The notes under the pieces were generated by a model. That model worked only from the letters and a program-made list of their open reading frames with translations. It made no database searches and was not told where the DNA came from. The position numbers and the translations under genes were made by a program. A stretch of 48,751 bases of DNA from Candidatus Woesearchaeota archaeon (GTDB taxonomy: Archaea; Nanobdellota; Nanobdellia; SCGC-AAA011-G17; PNOQ01). Position 1 is the first letter of the stretch, and every line of letters starts with the position of its first letter. This document shows positions 19,124-27,795 of the stretch, one piece after another. The stretch is taken from contig CAYZTT010000003.1 of the NCBI GenBank assembly GCA_964481835.1, forward strand, positions 1-48,751. The letters are read 5' to 3'.

Positions 19124-20842
19124 TTACATACCCCATGTCGGATTTTCATTTCTTTTGATTTCAGCGATTTCCTTTAACAATTGGACCTCTGATTCATTTA
19201 AATACTTTTTCATTAGTTTTTTAAGCTTTTTGAAGTCTCCTTGCGGAATATCTGAATATAATATATCGTTTTCTTTAACTTGTCTGCCACATGTAACGTT
19301 TGGTAGGGAGACTGCTATTTCCTTCCCTTGTTTTGCTTCTTGTACAGTTTCTTTGTTATCTTGTATCTCTTTTAATTCTGTTAATTTCTTTCCTTCTGCA
19401 TTCATTAAAGGAGTATTTGATCTTGCGGTTCCGATTAATACTTCTACTCCTACGATTGCAGGATTTAATTGCCTAAATATACAACCTGGCATAATTTTTA
19501 GTTTGAAAGGTTTTACTAAGTCTTGGAATTCTTTTTCTTCTAGTGATTTTGAAGCTTTTTCTGTGTACTCTATTATATCATCAATTATCTTATAGACTAC
19601 TTCGTTTGTAATTATTTTTACATCTTTTGATTCTTCCAAGACTTTAATATTAAATCCTACTACAATTTTATTTAGTGGATTTTCATTTGAAGAGGCTTCT
19701 GCTATATCGTTTTTTGAGATATTTCCTATTGCTGCCTTTTTGATTTTAATGTTCTTTGCTTTCAGTAATGAGATTAAGGCCTCTAAAGAGCCTAGTGTGT
19801 CTGCCTTTGCAACAATTCCTTCATTGTCAGTATCAATTGTAACTTCATCGATTTCTTGTTGGAGCTCTTCAATTATTCCTGCTTCATTCTTTTCATTAGA
19901 AACTCTGAGGGGCATGCCAGGAATTACGTCATCTATGTTTGGTGCTGCGATTTTTATTCCGGCAGAAGCATGTACTTCTTTTTCTTCTTTTAATTTTGAT
20001 TTTTCATATTTGAATAAACATTTTACTTTTGTTTTTATTGGGGCATTTAGGGTCCCTATTAGAATTGTGTCATTTTGTTTTATTTTTCCATCATAGATTA
20101 CTAAGTCTAGTGTTTTTCCAATTCCTTTTTCTTCTGTTACTTCTAGAATTGTTCCTTTTGCAGGTTTTTCTAAATCTGCCTCTAGGTTCTGCTCCAGATA
20201 TTTTTGGGCTAAACCAGAAATTACCATTAGTAATTCTGGCAAACCTTCTTTTGTTTTTGCAGAACAAGGGATTATTGCTACTTGTTTTGTATAATCTTGT
20301 AATCTATCGAATCTTTCTGATTGTAAACCATGTTCGTGAAGAGTTTGAACTATTTTGTATAATTTTGTTTCAATATCTTGGAGTACATAATCTTGCTGAT
20401 CTTGAATATTCTGTAAAATTGGTTTTTTATTTGAATTAAATCCTCCAACCCTATCGATTTTGTTTGCGGCCACAACGAAAGGAGTCTTTGAGTTCTTTAG
20501 TATTTCAATTGCTTCTAGTGTTTGAGGCTTTGCCCCTTCGTTCATATCTATTACTAAGATTGCAATATCTGCTATGTTTCCGCCCCTTTTTCTTAGGGTG
20601 GTGAATGCCTCGTGCCCTGGAGAGTCTATGAATAAAATCCCCGGGATTGTTAGATTTATGTTTTTAAGTAGATCTCCACATGTTTGTTGGATTTTTTTTA
20701 ATTCTATTGAATGTGCTGTGATGTTCTGAGTTATGCCTCCTGCTTCCTTTGCGGCAACGGAGGTTTCCCTAATGCTGTCTAAAATACTTGTTTTCCCGTG
20801 GTCTACGTGTGCAAGTAGAACACATATAGGTTGCCTTAACAT
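19124..20842 (-). CDS. infB: translation initiation factor aIF5B (archaeal IF-2)
   Basis: RQPICVLLAHVDHGKTSILDSIR, DSPGHEAF, NKIDR, and aIF5B domain order. Confidence 0.9.
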   Translation of the reverse strand: MLRQPICVLLAHVDHGKTSILDSIRETSVAAKEAGGITQNITAHSIELKKIQQTCGDLLKNINLTIPGILFIDSPGHEAFTTLRKRGGNIADIAILVIDMNEGAKPQTLEAIEILKNSKTPFVVAANKIDRVGGFNSNKKPILQNIQDQQDYVLQDIETKLYKIVQTLHEHGLQSERFDRLQDYTKQVAIIPCSAKTKEGLPELLMVISGLAQKYLEQNLEADLEKPAKGTILEVTEEKGIGKTLDLVIYDGKIKQNDTILIGTLNAPIKTKVKCLFKYEKSKLKEEKEVHASAGIKIAAPNIDDVIPGMPLRVSNEKNEAGIIEELQQEIDEVTIDTDNEGIVAKADTLGSLEALISLLKAKNIKIKKAAIGNISKNDIAEASSNENPLNKIVVGFNIKVLEESKDVKIITNEVVYKIIDDIIEYTEKASKSLEEKEFQDLVKPFKLKIMPGCIFRQLNPAIVGVEVLIGTARSNTPLMNAEGKKLTELKEIQDNKETVQEAKQGKEIAVSLPNVTCGRQVKENDILYSDIPQGDFKKLKKLMKKYLNESEVQLLKEIAEIKRNENPTWGM

Positions 20843-20889
20843 CTTATTATTTAGGCAAAAATCTAGTTTTAAAAAGGTTTTGGAGAGAA

Positions 20890-21378
20890 CTAATAGATGT
20901 GATCTTCATGACTTAACTTGTAATCAAATAATTCTTCTGGGGTGAACCAAAAGGATATTTCTCTTTTTGCGTATTCTGCATCTTCTGAAGCATGAATTAG
21001 ATTCTTTCCTTGATCCATTGCTCGAGTATATTCTTTACTTGTATGGGCATAATCCGCCCGGATGGTTCCTAAGTCTGCTTCTCCTGGATATGTAGAACCC
21101 ACGATTTTTCTTATGTGGGGGATGGCATTAATACCTTGGACAACCATTGCAACTACTGGAGCTTCTGTTACATAGTTAATTAGTTTCTGTCTAACTGCAT
21201 CTCCATGTCTTTCTGCTACTGCAGGATCATAATGTTTTTCTCCTAGTTCTTTTGAAGCCTTTATTAGTTTCATTCCAACTATCTTTAAGCCTCTTTGCTC
21301 GAACCTTTTGATTATTTCTCCGACAAGACCTCTTTGGACTCCGTCAGGTTTTACAAGAACTAGTGTTTGTTGTATCAT
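20890..21378 (-). CDS. ndk: nucleoside diphosphate kinase
   Basis: QTLVLVKPDGVQRGLVGEIIKRFEQRGLKIVGMK and NLIHASED (active-site His). Confidence 0.9.
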   Translation of the reverse strand: MIQQTLVLVKPDGVQRGLVGEIIKRFEQRGLKIVGMKLIKASKELGEKHYDPAVAERHGDAVRQKLINYVTEAPVVAMVVQGINAIPHIRKIVGSTYPGEADLGTIRADYAHTSKEYTRAMDQGKNLIHASEDAEYAKREISFWFTPEELFDYKLSHEDHIY

Positions 21379-21542
21379 TTTTCCTTAGAAGCCCATTTAA
21401 ACTTTACAGGTTTTCTTTTTAATTTAAGTAGGTTTTTTTCACATTTCATTGAGCAAAAGTTAAGGATTTTCCCGGTTTTATAGACATACATCTTCCCGGT
21501 TCCCTTTGGTACTTCTTTTGCACAGAATGAACATTTAACCAT
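21375..21542 (-). CDS. rpl24e: 50S ribosomal protein L24e (eL24); 55 aa, absent from the supplied ORF track
   Basis: My reverse-complement translation: MVKCSFCAKEVPKGTGKMYVYKTGKILNFCSMKCEKNLLKLKRKPVKFKWASKEK. This is the C-x2-C...C-x3-C zinc-ribbon L24e pattern. It starts 1 nt after the rps28e stop, and its TGA overlaps the ndk ATG (ATGA). Confidence 0.85.
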   Translation of the reverse strand: MVKCSFCAKEVPKGTGKMYVYKTGKILNFCSMKCEKNLLKLKRKPVKFKWASKEK

Positions 21543-21543
21543 T

Positions 21544-21807
21544 TTATTTACCTTTTGAGTTTATTCTTCTTGCTTCTATTTCAGTTTCTCTTAACATCAA
21601 TAAGTCACCAGGTTTTATTGGGCCCTTCACGTTTCTTCTTAGAATTTTATTTTGATCTCTTCCTTCCAAGACCTTACATCTAACTTGGGTGATTTCCCCT
21701 TTCATTCCTGTTCTACCAACTAATTCTTCAACTCTTGCCTGTACGGCTTCTTTGAATAGCTTGGTGTCTTCTTTCTTTTTTTTAATGTCTTTTTTTTCAG
21801 GTGCCAT
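21544..21807 (-). CDS. rps28e: 30S ribosomal protein S28e (eS28) with Lys-rich N-terminal extension
   Basis: [59 protein letters not shown]. Confidence 0.9.
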   Translation of the reverse strand: MAPEKKDIKKKKEDTKLFKEAVQARVEELVGRTGMKGEITQVRCKVLEGRDQNKILRRNVKGPIKPGDLLMLRETEIEARRINSKGK

Positions 21808-21809
21808 CT

Positions 21810-22103
21810 TTATTTTTTGCCTTCTTGTGTTACTGCAACTGCCGATGTGGATACTTGTAATCCTGCTGCTGCACCTAACTCTTCTTTAGAATCGACTTCT
21901 ACAAATGGAATATTCTTTTCTTCACATAGCGGTTTTAAATGCATTATTACCTCTGGTGGAGAAACATCTTTTCCTATAGCAACTAATTTGGCTACGCCTC
22001 TCTCTACGGCTTTTGTTACCTCATTAGTACCTTTTTTTATTTTTCCTGTTTTTTTTGCGAGCTCAATCGTTTCGAATGCTTGCTCTTGTGTTATTTCAGC
22101 CAT
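21810..22103 (-). CDS. rpl7ae: 50S ribosomal protein L7Ae (K-turn binding), short form
   Basis: [62 protein letters not shown]. Confidence 0.9.
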   Translation of the reverse strand: MAEITQEQAFETIELAKKTGKIKKGTNEVTKAVERGVAKLVAIGKDVSPPEVIMHLKPLCEEKNIPFVEVDSKEELGAAAGLQVSTSAVAVTQEGKK

Positions 22104-22151
22104 CTTAACCCTCCTATCATTAGGTTATTAAGAATTTGAGAATTGGTTATC

Positions 22152-22159
22152 TTTATAAA
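22152..22159 (+). promoter_or_regulatory. TATA box (TTTATAAA) upstream of the 22185 ORF
   Basis: The octamer ends 25 nt before the ATG at 22185. This argues against the TTG start at 22143 given in the ORF track. Confidence 0.4.
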
Positions 22160-22184
22160 TCTTTTTGTTGATATTTATCCTCCG

Positions 22185-22706
22185 ATGAGTCCCAAAGAAC
22201 ATAGAGTTTCGGATTATGCATGGAAATTGGCTAGCGGAGCATATGATATCGCAGGCGAGGAGGCCCCTGAAGACATTGACCTGGAAGTTGATGACTTAGA
22301 TATTATCGGTGATCCGATTTTGAGGGTATTTGTTCGAACTTTTCAAGAGGCAGGATTTAGACCAGATTTAAGATATTTTTCTCTTGATGACCTCGGCGAT
22401 GCTGGGCTTAAAATGGAATATCGCTTTGGTGAAGGGGATCCTTATTTGGAAAGCCCCGAAGATGCGGCATATAGGATGCTTGCAGTTGTAGATTTAGAAC
22501 ACAGATTTGTTAGTGAAGTTGATTTAAATGTTAGATCTAAGCGAGAGGGGATGGGTAGAAAACTTGTTGAAGCTAAGGAAGAACTTTGGAGAATGCTGGG
22601 CATTGAAGAGGTTTTTTTAGGTACTATTGATCCAAGTGATGCTGCAATACAATTTTGGAGCGCAATGGGTTATGATGTCTCTACATGCTATAAGAAATTA
22701 GATTAA
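22185..22706 (+). CDS. hypothetical acidic protein with weak GNAT-acetyltransferase-like C-terminus
   Basis: ORF taken from the ATG at 22185. C-terminal REGMGRKLVEAKEELWRMLGIEEVFL...AIQFWSAMGYD resembles GNAT motif A (R/Q-x-x-G-x-G/A ... F-Y/W-x-x-x-G-F/Y). G+C-richer than the core genes by eye. Confidence 0.4.
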   Translation: MSPKEHRVSDYAWKLASGAYDIAGEEAPEDIDLEVDDLDIIGDPILRVFVRTFQEAGFRPDLRYFSLDDLGDAGLKMEYRFGEGDPYLESPEDAAYRMLAVVDLEHRFVSEVDLNVRSKREGMGRKLVEAKEELWRMLGIEEVFLGTIDPSDAAIQFWSAMGYDVSTCYKKLD

Positions 22707-23137
22707 TCTTGTGTGGAACGTTCCCAAGCAACTTCTCCGTCACTATTTGTGTCTCTCAACGTTACGTTTTGTCGCCCACTCAGAATTCTTAGATTTGGAT
22801 TGTCTGATCGAAATTGATTTTCATACTGGGCAAATGATACGTTATATCCACCATGGTCCCCTTCTCCTGCGTAGGCTGAAGATTTACCATCTTGAATCAT
22901 ATACCAATCTGAAGGAGTAGATCTTGTTACGGTCGGGGCATTTGCTAGATGTTCTTGAGCTAGTCTACTTAACCTCATATCTTCCCTTATTTGAGGGATT
23001 GCCATTGCCGCGATTACTGGAAGAGCAAGCAACGTGGTTAAACCAAAAATTCTTCCCCAATTTGCTCCGTCTATACTAGTTATGGTTGGATATTGATCCC
23101 TTTGGGGATTTTCTGGATTGTGTATTTCTTTTGACAT
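22703..23137 (-). CDS. membrane-anchored hypothetical protein (144 aa, one TM, extracytoplasmic C-terminal domain)
   Basis: TM helix FGLTTLLALPVIAAMAIPQI. TTTATAAA at 23167-23174 lies 30 nt upstream of the ATG. No known motif. Confidence 0.5.
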   Translation of the reverse strand: MSKEIHNPENPQRDQYPTITSIDGANWGRIFGLTTLLALPVIAAMAIPQIREDMRLSRLAQEHLANAPTVTRSTPSDWYMIQDGKSSAYAGEGDHGGYNVSFAQYENQFRSDNPNLRILSGRQNVTLRDTNSDGEVAWERSTQD

Positions 23138-23219
23138 TTTGTAGTAATCTATCGGTAGTTACACTATTTATAAAGCTTTCTATAGTTAGCTTTTTATATT
23201 TAGCCTGTTAATAAATTTT

Positions 23220-24467
23220 ATGAAAAAGGGAGCGATTATTCTGATTTTTTTGATCATTTGTATATCTATTTCGCATGCGAGAGTCATTTATGTTCCAGGG
23301 GTAGAAGAACCTGAACAACTCAGAGATGAATTTGGGACAAAGAAGTTTGTTTATGCGGGCAATAATATTGTCGCGTCTGTTAAAGATTCTGGGGTTGAAT
23401 ATTATCATCAAGGAAGGTTAAGTAATAGGATTACTACGGATTCTGGAGGGGTCAAAGAGAGTGAATTTAAATCATTACCTTTTGGACAGAATGTTTTGAA
23501 CACAGGAGTTGATTATCCGTTTACTGGGAAGAAAGAGGATGAAAGTTCTTTGTATTACTTTGGAGCGAGATATTACGATGATAATTTAGGCAGGTTTATT
23601 TCTGTTGATCCTGTTAGAGAAAACGAGCCCTATTCTTATGTTAGAAATAATCCAATTATGCTAGTGGACCCCACCGGAATGGATGAAGAAGGGGTTCCCC
23701 CTGTTATGTCTCATGAATTTGGTATTGATCACCTAATGAATCAAGAAACACAGGATTTCTTGAATAGAAATGACCCTGAGTATATGATGAATAGATTTTA
23801 TGAAGAAAGATATCTCCAAATGGAACAAGGGAAAGAACAATTAAATCTCATTGTACCCTATAGGTCGCTCAGACGAATAAATGAAGCCCACATGCGCGGT
23901 GAGCAAGCAGATGTTGGAGATTATGTTAACTTCATTTCCGCAGGAATGCTATGGGCCACTGGATTGATAAAAGCAGGAAATGCAATGAGAGGGTTATCTT
24001 TTGGTAGATTAGGTAGTGTCCGAACACCAAGCAATTTAGGCAGAGGTATGCCTGTAAGAAGCAGCAATCTAATTGAATCTCTTGAAACTGGATTAAAAGG
24101 CGAAAGAAAGAGTTTACCTGAAGTATTGAAAGTATTTGATGATCATTTAGCATCAGGAGCCTTGGATCCAATTTCTCATCAAGCATATGTTGAAGGAACT
24201 GTAGAGCTGGCGTTCACTGAAGTGCAAGGCCATGTAGTTTCTCCGCATACTGCCGCAAGGCTTATGGTCAGAGCTTCACAGAATGGCCTGGCTACTAATG
24301 CTGCATCACCTGCTACAGGTGGTCGAAACATAATGAGTAGCATTCTATCTGAAGGTAAACAAACAGTATATAGCAATGGAGCCATCGAATACAACTTAAA
24401 TAATAATCTCTTGATTATTAGAGAACCTGAAACTAGTATGATTTCAACATTCATAAGTAGACAATAA
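23220..24467 (+). CDS. secreted polymorphic-toxin-like protein 3: signal peptide + minimal RHS core + unique 261-aa C-terminal domain
   Basis: Signal MKKGAIILIFLIICISISHA. Core YPFTGKKEDESSLYYFGARYYDDNLGRFISVDPVRENEPYSYVRNNPIMLVDPTGM ends at nt 23681. The C-terminus is unrelated to copies 1 and 2. Confidence 0.8.
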   Translation: MKKGAIILIFLIICISISHARVIYVPGVEEPEQLRDEFGTKKFVYAGNNIVASVKDSGVEYYHQGRLSNRITTDSGGVKESEFKSLPFGQNVLNTGVDYPFTGKKEDESSLYYFGARYYDDNLGRFISVDPVRENEPYSYVRNNPIMLVDPTGMDEEGVPPVMSHEFGIDHLMNQETQDFLNRNDPEYMMNRFYEERYLQMEQGKEQLNLIVPYRSLRRINEAHMRGEQADVGDYVNFISAGMLWATGLIKAGNAMRGLSFGRLGSVRTPSNLGRGMPVRSSNLIESLETGLKGERKSLPEVLKVFDDHLASGALDPISHQAYVEGTVELAFTEVQGHVVSPHTAARLMVRASQNGLATNAASPATGGRNIMSSILSEGKQTVYSNGAIEYNLNNNLLIIREPETSMISTFISRQ

Positions 24468-24472
24468 AAAAA

Positions 24473-24916
24473 TTATTTTTCAGCCATATACTCCACGACT
24501 TTCGCAATGTATTCAGACATTTTTTCTCTTGGCATAGCATCATTGTCCCCAAGAACAACTTCAATCAATACATTCTCAATACCATCAACCTCTGTTCTAA
24601 TAAGTTCAAGGTTTGCATGATAGTGATCACATATGTCCTGTGCCGTGACTGATTCATCTTCCAAATACATTTCACACATCTTCTTCAATTGAGAAACTGG
24701 TTCCATCGAGTATTCAGTAGCTTCTGCTCTTTCACCCATGACAAATACTGAGTATGGACTTCCTTTCTTAGTGAACAAATCCATCTCCACATCGCCATCT
24801 CGTTCAACAGTCTGAGAGTAATCCAGACCAAAGACAACATCTTCTACGTTACTGCCTTTATCATAGACAAAACCATCAATTTCAATTTGTTCTGCTTGCA
24901 TTTTTTCGTCTAACAT
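24473..24916 (-). CDS. hypothetical acidic protein (147 aa)
   Basis: Start reassigned to the ATG at 24916, 1 nt after the upstream stop and preceded by AAGGGGGG. The longer track ORF (to 25060) would overlap the nucleotidyltransferase gene by 143 nt. Confidence 0.5.
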   Translation of the reverse strand: MLDEKMQAEQIEIDGFVYDKGSNVEDVVFGLDYSQTVERDGDVEMDLFTKKGSPYSVFVMGERAEATEYSMEPVSQLKKMCEMYLEDESVTAQDICDHYHANLELIRTEVDGIENVLIEVVLGDNDAMPREKMSEYIAKVVEYMAEK

Positions 24917-24917
24917 T

Positions 24918-25721
24918 TTATAACCCCCCTTTTCTATGTTCAATAAGATAATCATTAAGTTTTTCATAACCAGGCTTTTCTGGTAGAGTAGATTCTTGCA
25001 AAGCATTCTCCAACTCTCCCTCCAGTCTGTTAAGTGTTTCTGCCAATTCTTTTCTGTCATAACTTATCGGATCCCCAATTTCTGATTGTCTCTTATCATC
25101 AATCATTCTTTCTACAATAGGCACATCATACAACATAGCTAATTCAGCAACATCAGGTTGAACTTCACCAGTTTTAAGTAAATGAATTCCTGTAAGCATG
25201 GCTCTGACCGCATACAAATCTGTCTTTACAGATTGTTCTTCTGTTCTACCACCTTCTGCCAAATTTCTCGAAAAGTTCAAGTAATGATTGAACAATGCCT
25301 TACTAACACCTGATTCCAGAACAGTCTCCCTGAATTCCTGAAATTCTGGAGACTCATAGATAATTATTGAGTTCTGCCACTCCAACCTGTTTCCATTAGA
25401 GTTGGCAATCAGGCTTAGATAATGGCCGATTTCATCCAACGCAATATCAATTGTCCTATCTTCGCTCATATGCGAGAATGTTCGATCCGGTGTTTTCTTG
25501 ATACCTAAGAAGTCTTCAGTTGGAGCTTTGAATACTCCTCTGATGTCGTAATCGCTATCTTCTGAGGGAAACCCATAGCTGTGAGCGCCTGTAAGGGCTA
25601 GAAATATGATATTTCCCTGAGCATTCATCTCATCAACTAAATCTCTCTTGTCTAGCTCAGAGAGCACTTTCTCTCTCAAATCTTGCTCAGTTCTATTAAA
25701 TCTACTATTAGTTGATTTCAT
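24918..25721 (-). CDS. predicted nucleotidyltransferase (Pol-beta superfamily, RlaP/PF10127-like)
   Basis: IIFLALTGAHSYGFPSEDSDYDIRGVF fits the G-[SA]-x-x-Y-G...SDxDxxG signature of this family. Confidence 0.65.
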   Translation of the reverse strand: MKSTNSRFNRTEQDLREKVLSELDKRDLVDEMNAQGNIIFLALTGAHSYGFPSEDSDYDIRGVFKAPTEDFLGIKKTPDRTFSHMSEDRTIDIALDEIGHYLSLIANSNGNRLEWQNSIIIYESPEFQEFRETVLESGVSKALFNHYLNFSRNLAEGGRTEEQSVKTDLYAVRAMLTGIHLLKTGEVQPDVAELAMLYDVPIVERMIDDKRQSEIGDPISYDRKELAETLNRLEGELENALQESTLPEKPGYEKLNDYLIEHRKGGL

Positions 25722-25959
25722 ACCCCATTTATGAACATCTTAGTATTTAAACCTTTCGTTTTTTAACCACTATTGAGTAACAAACATGGTGATTCTGAGC
25801 TTTAAAGTATCTTATGTGTTGTTCTGGAACAGATGAAACCTTCTATTCCCCCATTCAAAAGACCTTCAACCCCCTTATTTCTTTCCACACTATTTATAAA
25901 TACATCCTCTCTCTCCCAGCTATTGTATTCAATACGCTTAACATGAATATAACACTAAA

Positions 25960-27237
25960 ATGGTACTAGACAAGCTGTCAGGAAGTCTGAAGAGCACGTT
26001 GTCAAAGATTACAGGTGCTACATTTGTAGATGAAAAACTCATCAATGAGGTAGTTAAGGATATCCAGAGAAGCCTCTTACAATCTGATGTGAACGTTAAA
26101 TTAGTGCTTCAGATCAGCCAGAAGATAAAAGAAAGGGCTGTGAAAGAAGCTAGTCCAGACCAGCTCACTAAGAGAGAGCAGTTAGTAAACATTGTTTATG
26201 AAGAGCTTGTGGAGTTCTTAGGAGGTCCTGGGCCTAAAATTGAGATCAAAAAAAAGCCTTTTGTGATCCTTCTAGTTGGACTTTTTGGTAATGGTAAAAC
26301 CACTTGCGCAGGCAAGTTAGGAAAGTATTACAGCACTCGAGGCCGCAAGGTCGCTCTTTTGAGTACTGATACTTGGCGGCCTGCAGCTGCAGACCAGCTA
26401 ACTCAGCTTGCTGAAAGTATAAATGTCAATGTCTACACTAACAAGAAGGAGAAGAATCCTGTTAAGATCTACAAGCAGTTCGAGAAAGATCTACTAAAGC
26501 ATGATGTCATAATTGTAGATACTGCAGGCCGTGACGCTCTGAATGATGAGCTTGTTGAGGAACTAAATGGCATTAATAAGGTTGTCAAGCCTGATGAAGT
26601 TTTGCTTGTTATGAGTGCTGATATTGGTCAGGCTGCTCAAGAGCAAGCTCAGAAGTTCCACGATACTGTCAATGTCAGCGGTGTTGTTATAACTAAACTT
26701 GATGGTACTGCAAAAGGTGGAGGCGCATTGATTGCTTGTAGTGTTACTGGCGCTCCTGTAAAATTCATTGGTGTCGGTGAAAAGATTGATGATATTGAAG
26801 AATTCAAACCAGAAGGTTTTGTAGGACAACTGCTCGGCATGGGAGATCTTGAAGCACTACTTGAAAAAGCCAAAGAGGCAATGACTGAAGAAGATGCCCA
26901 AGATATGGGATTTTTTGATAAGATTGGTCTAGGTGGGACGCTTGGAGGAATAAAAAAAGATTTGACAAAAATATATGATGCCAAATTTGGGCAAGAAGAG
27001 ATAAGTGGTCCAACACAAAGTTTTATGTTTACAACTGCGGAGAGTGCGGATAAAGCTATTAGCCATTATGGCCGAGATGCATTTGTTAGCTATCCAGATA
27101 CAACGGTTCTTTGGAAACCTTTTGAACGTTTGTCATTGGGGGCCTATAGTATACGCGATACACTTTATTATGAAGAGAGAGATGATGGAATTCGAAGTTA
27201 TATATTAAAACCAGGCTTTGATATGGGGAAGCAATAG
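25960..27237 (+). CDS. srp54: SRP54-type GTPase: N and G domains intact, M domain absent and replaced by an unrelated tail of about 110 aa
   Basis: N domain MVLDKLSGSLKSTLSKITG...; G1 GLFGNGKTT; DTWRPAA; G3 DTAGR; G4 TKLDGTAKGG; LLGMGDLEALLEKAKE. After about aa 316 (nt about 26905) there is no Met-rich M domain in this or any other frame. Confidence 0.8.
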   Translation: MVLDKLSGSLKSTLSKITGATFVDEKLINEVVKDIQRSLLQSDVNVKLVLQISQKIKERAVKEASPDQLTKREQLVNIVYEELVEFLGGPGPKIEIKKKPFVILLVGLFGNGKTTCAGKLGKYYSTRGRKVALLSTDTWRPAAADQLTQLAESINVNVYTNKKEKNPVKIYKQFEKDLLKHDVIIVDTAGRDALNDELVEELNGINKVVKPDEVLLVMSADIGQAAQEQAQKFHDTVNVSGVVITKLDGTAKGGGALIACSVTGAPVKFIGVGEKIDDIEEFKPEGFVGQLLGMGDLEALLEKAKEAMTEEDAQDMGFFDKIGLGGTLGGIKKDLTKIYDAKFGQEEISGPTQSFMFTTAESADKAISHYGRDAFVSYPDTTVLWKPFERLSLGAYSIRDTLYYEERDDGIRSYILKPGFDMGKQ

Positions 27238-27271
27238 TTAGTTTTTTATATATTCTATATTTCCTTTTTTT

Positions 27272-27763
27272 ATGGCCAAATCAAGAGCACAAGAATTAAC
27301 GGAATTTATAATTGCATCTCGGACTATTGGGGCCCCCTTAAGGAGTTTGGGAGATAGGGCTAAAAGAAGAGATGAAAAAAGAAGGGATCAACTTTATGGA
27401 ATTCTTAGAGAGGTTGATGGTGTTAATTTTCAAGGAGAGATTGTTCGTTCGAATATTACTTGGGAAGATGATAATAAGGCAAGAGGGATGAAATTGGGTG
27501 TAGAGGAGTTTAGGCAGAGGCATCCAGTTTATGGAAAAAGGCTACAAGCAATGATTGATGAACATCGTAAAGTAAGAAGGGCACATCTGCATGTCGGATT
27601 TTCTGGCAAAGAGGACTTGCCCAGAGAAGTATATATGGCGGTTTTAGAGGATATGGGGATTACTGGAAAATTGGCAGGGAGGGTATATGATGATGCAATC
27701 GCAATATCTAATGCCTTTGATAAGGATTATCGGGCAGATCAGACTTTATTGTTGCCAGAATAA
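27272..27763 (+). CDS. hypothetical basic protein (163 aa)
   Basis: Clean ATG ORF with a TATA-like element upstream. No recognisable motif. Confidence 0.5.
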   Translation: MAKSRAQELTEFIIASRTIGAPLRSLGDRAKRRDEKRRDQLYGILREVDGVNFQGEIVRSNITWEDDNKARGMKLGVEEFRQRHPVYGKRLQAMIDEHRKVRRAHLHVGFSGKEDLPREVYMAVLEDMGITGKLAGRVYDDAIAISNAFDKDYRADQTLLLPE

Positions 27764-27765
27764 GG

Positions 27766-27773
27766 TTTATAAA
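27766..27773 (+). promoter_or_regulatory. TATA box (TTTATAAA) of gltX (leaderless-type spacing)
   Basis: The octamer ends 22 nt before the gltX ATG (27796). Confidence 0.45.
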
Positions 27774-27795
27774 TTCTTAGATTAACTTTATTTTA

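Noticed and set aside
22143-22184. TTG-initiated N-terminal extension of ORF 22143..22706
   Set aside because: The extension would start upstream of, and include, the TTTATAAA box (22152-22159). The ATG at 22185 sits at the usual 25-nt distance from that box.
24917-25060. Upstream 48 codons of track ORF 24473..25060
   Set aside because: They overlap the 3' end of the nucleotidyltransferase gene in another frame. An internal ATG at 24916 with a strong SD lies 1 nt after that gene's stop.
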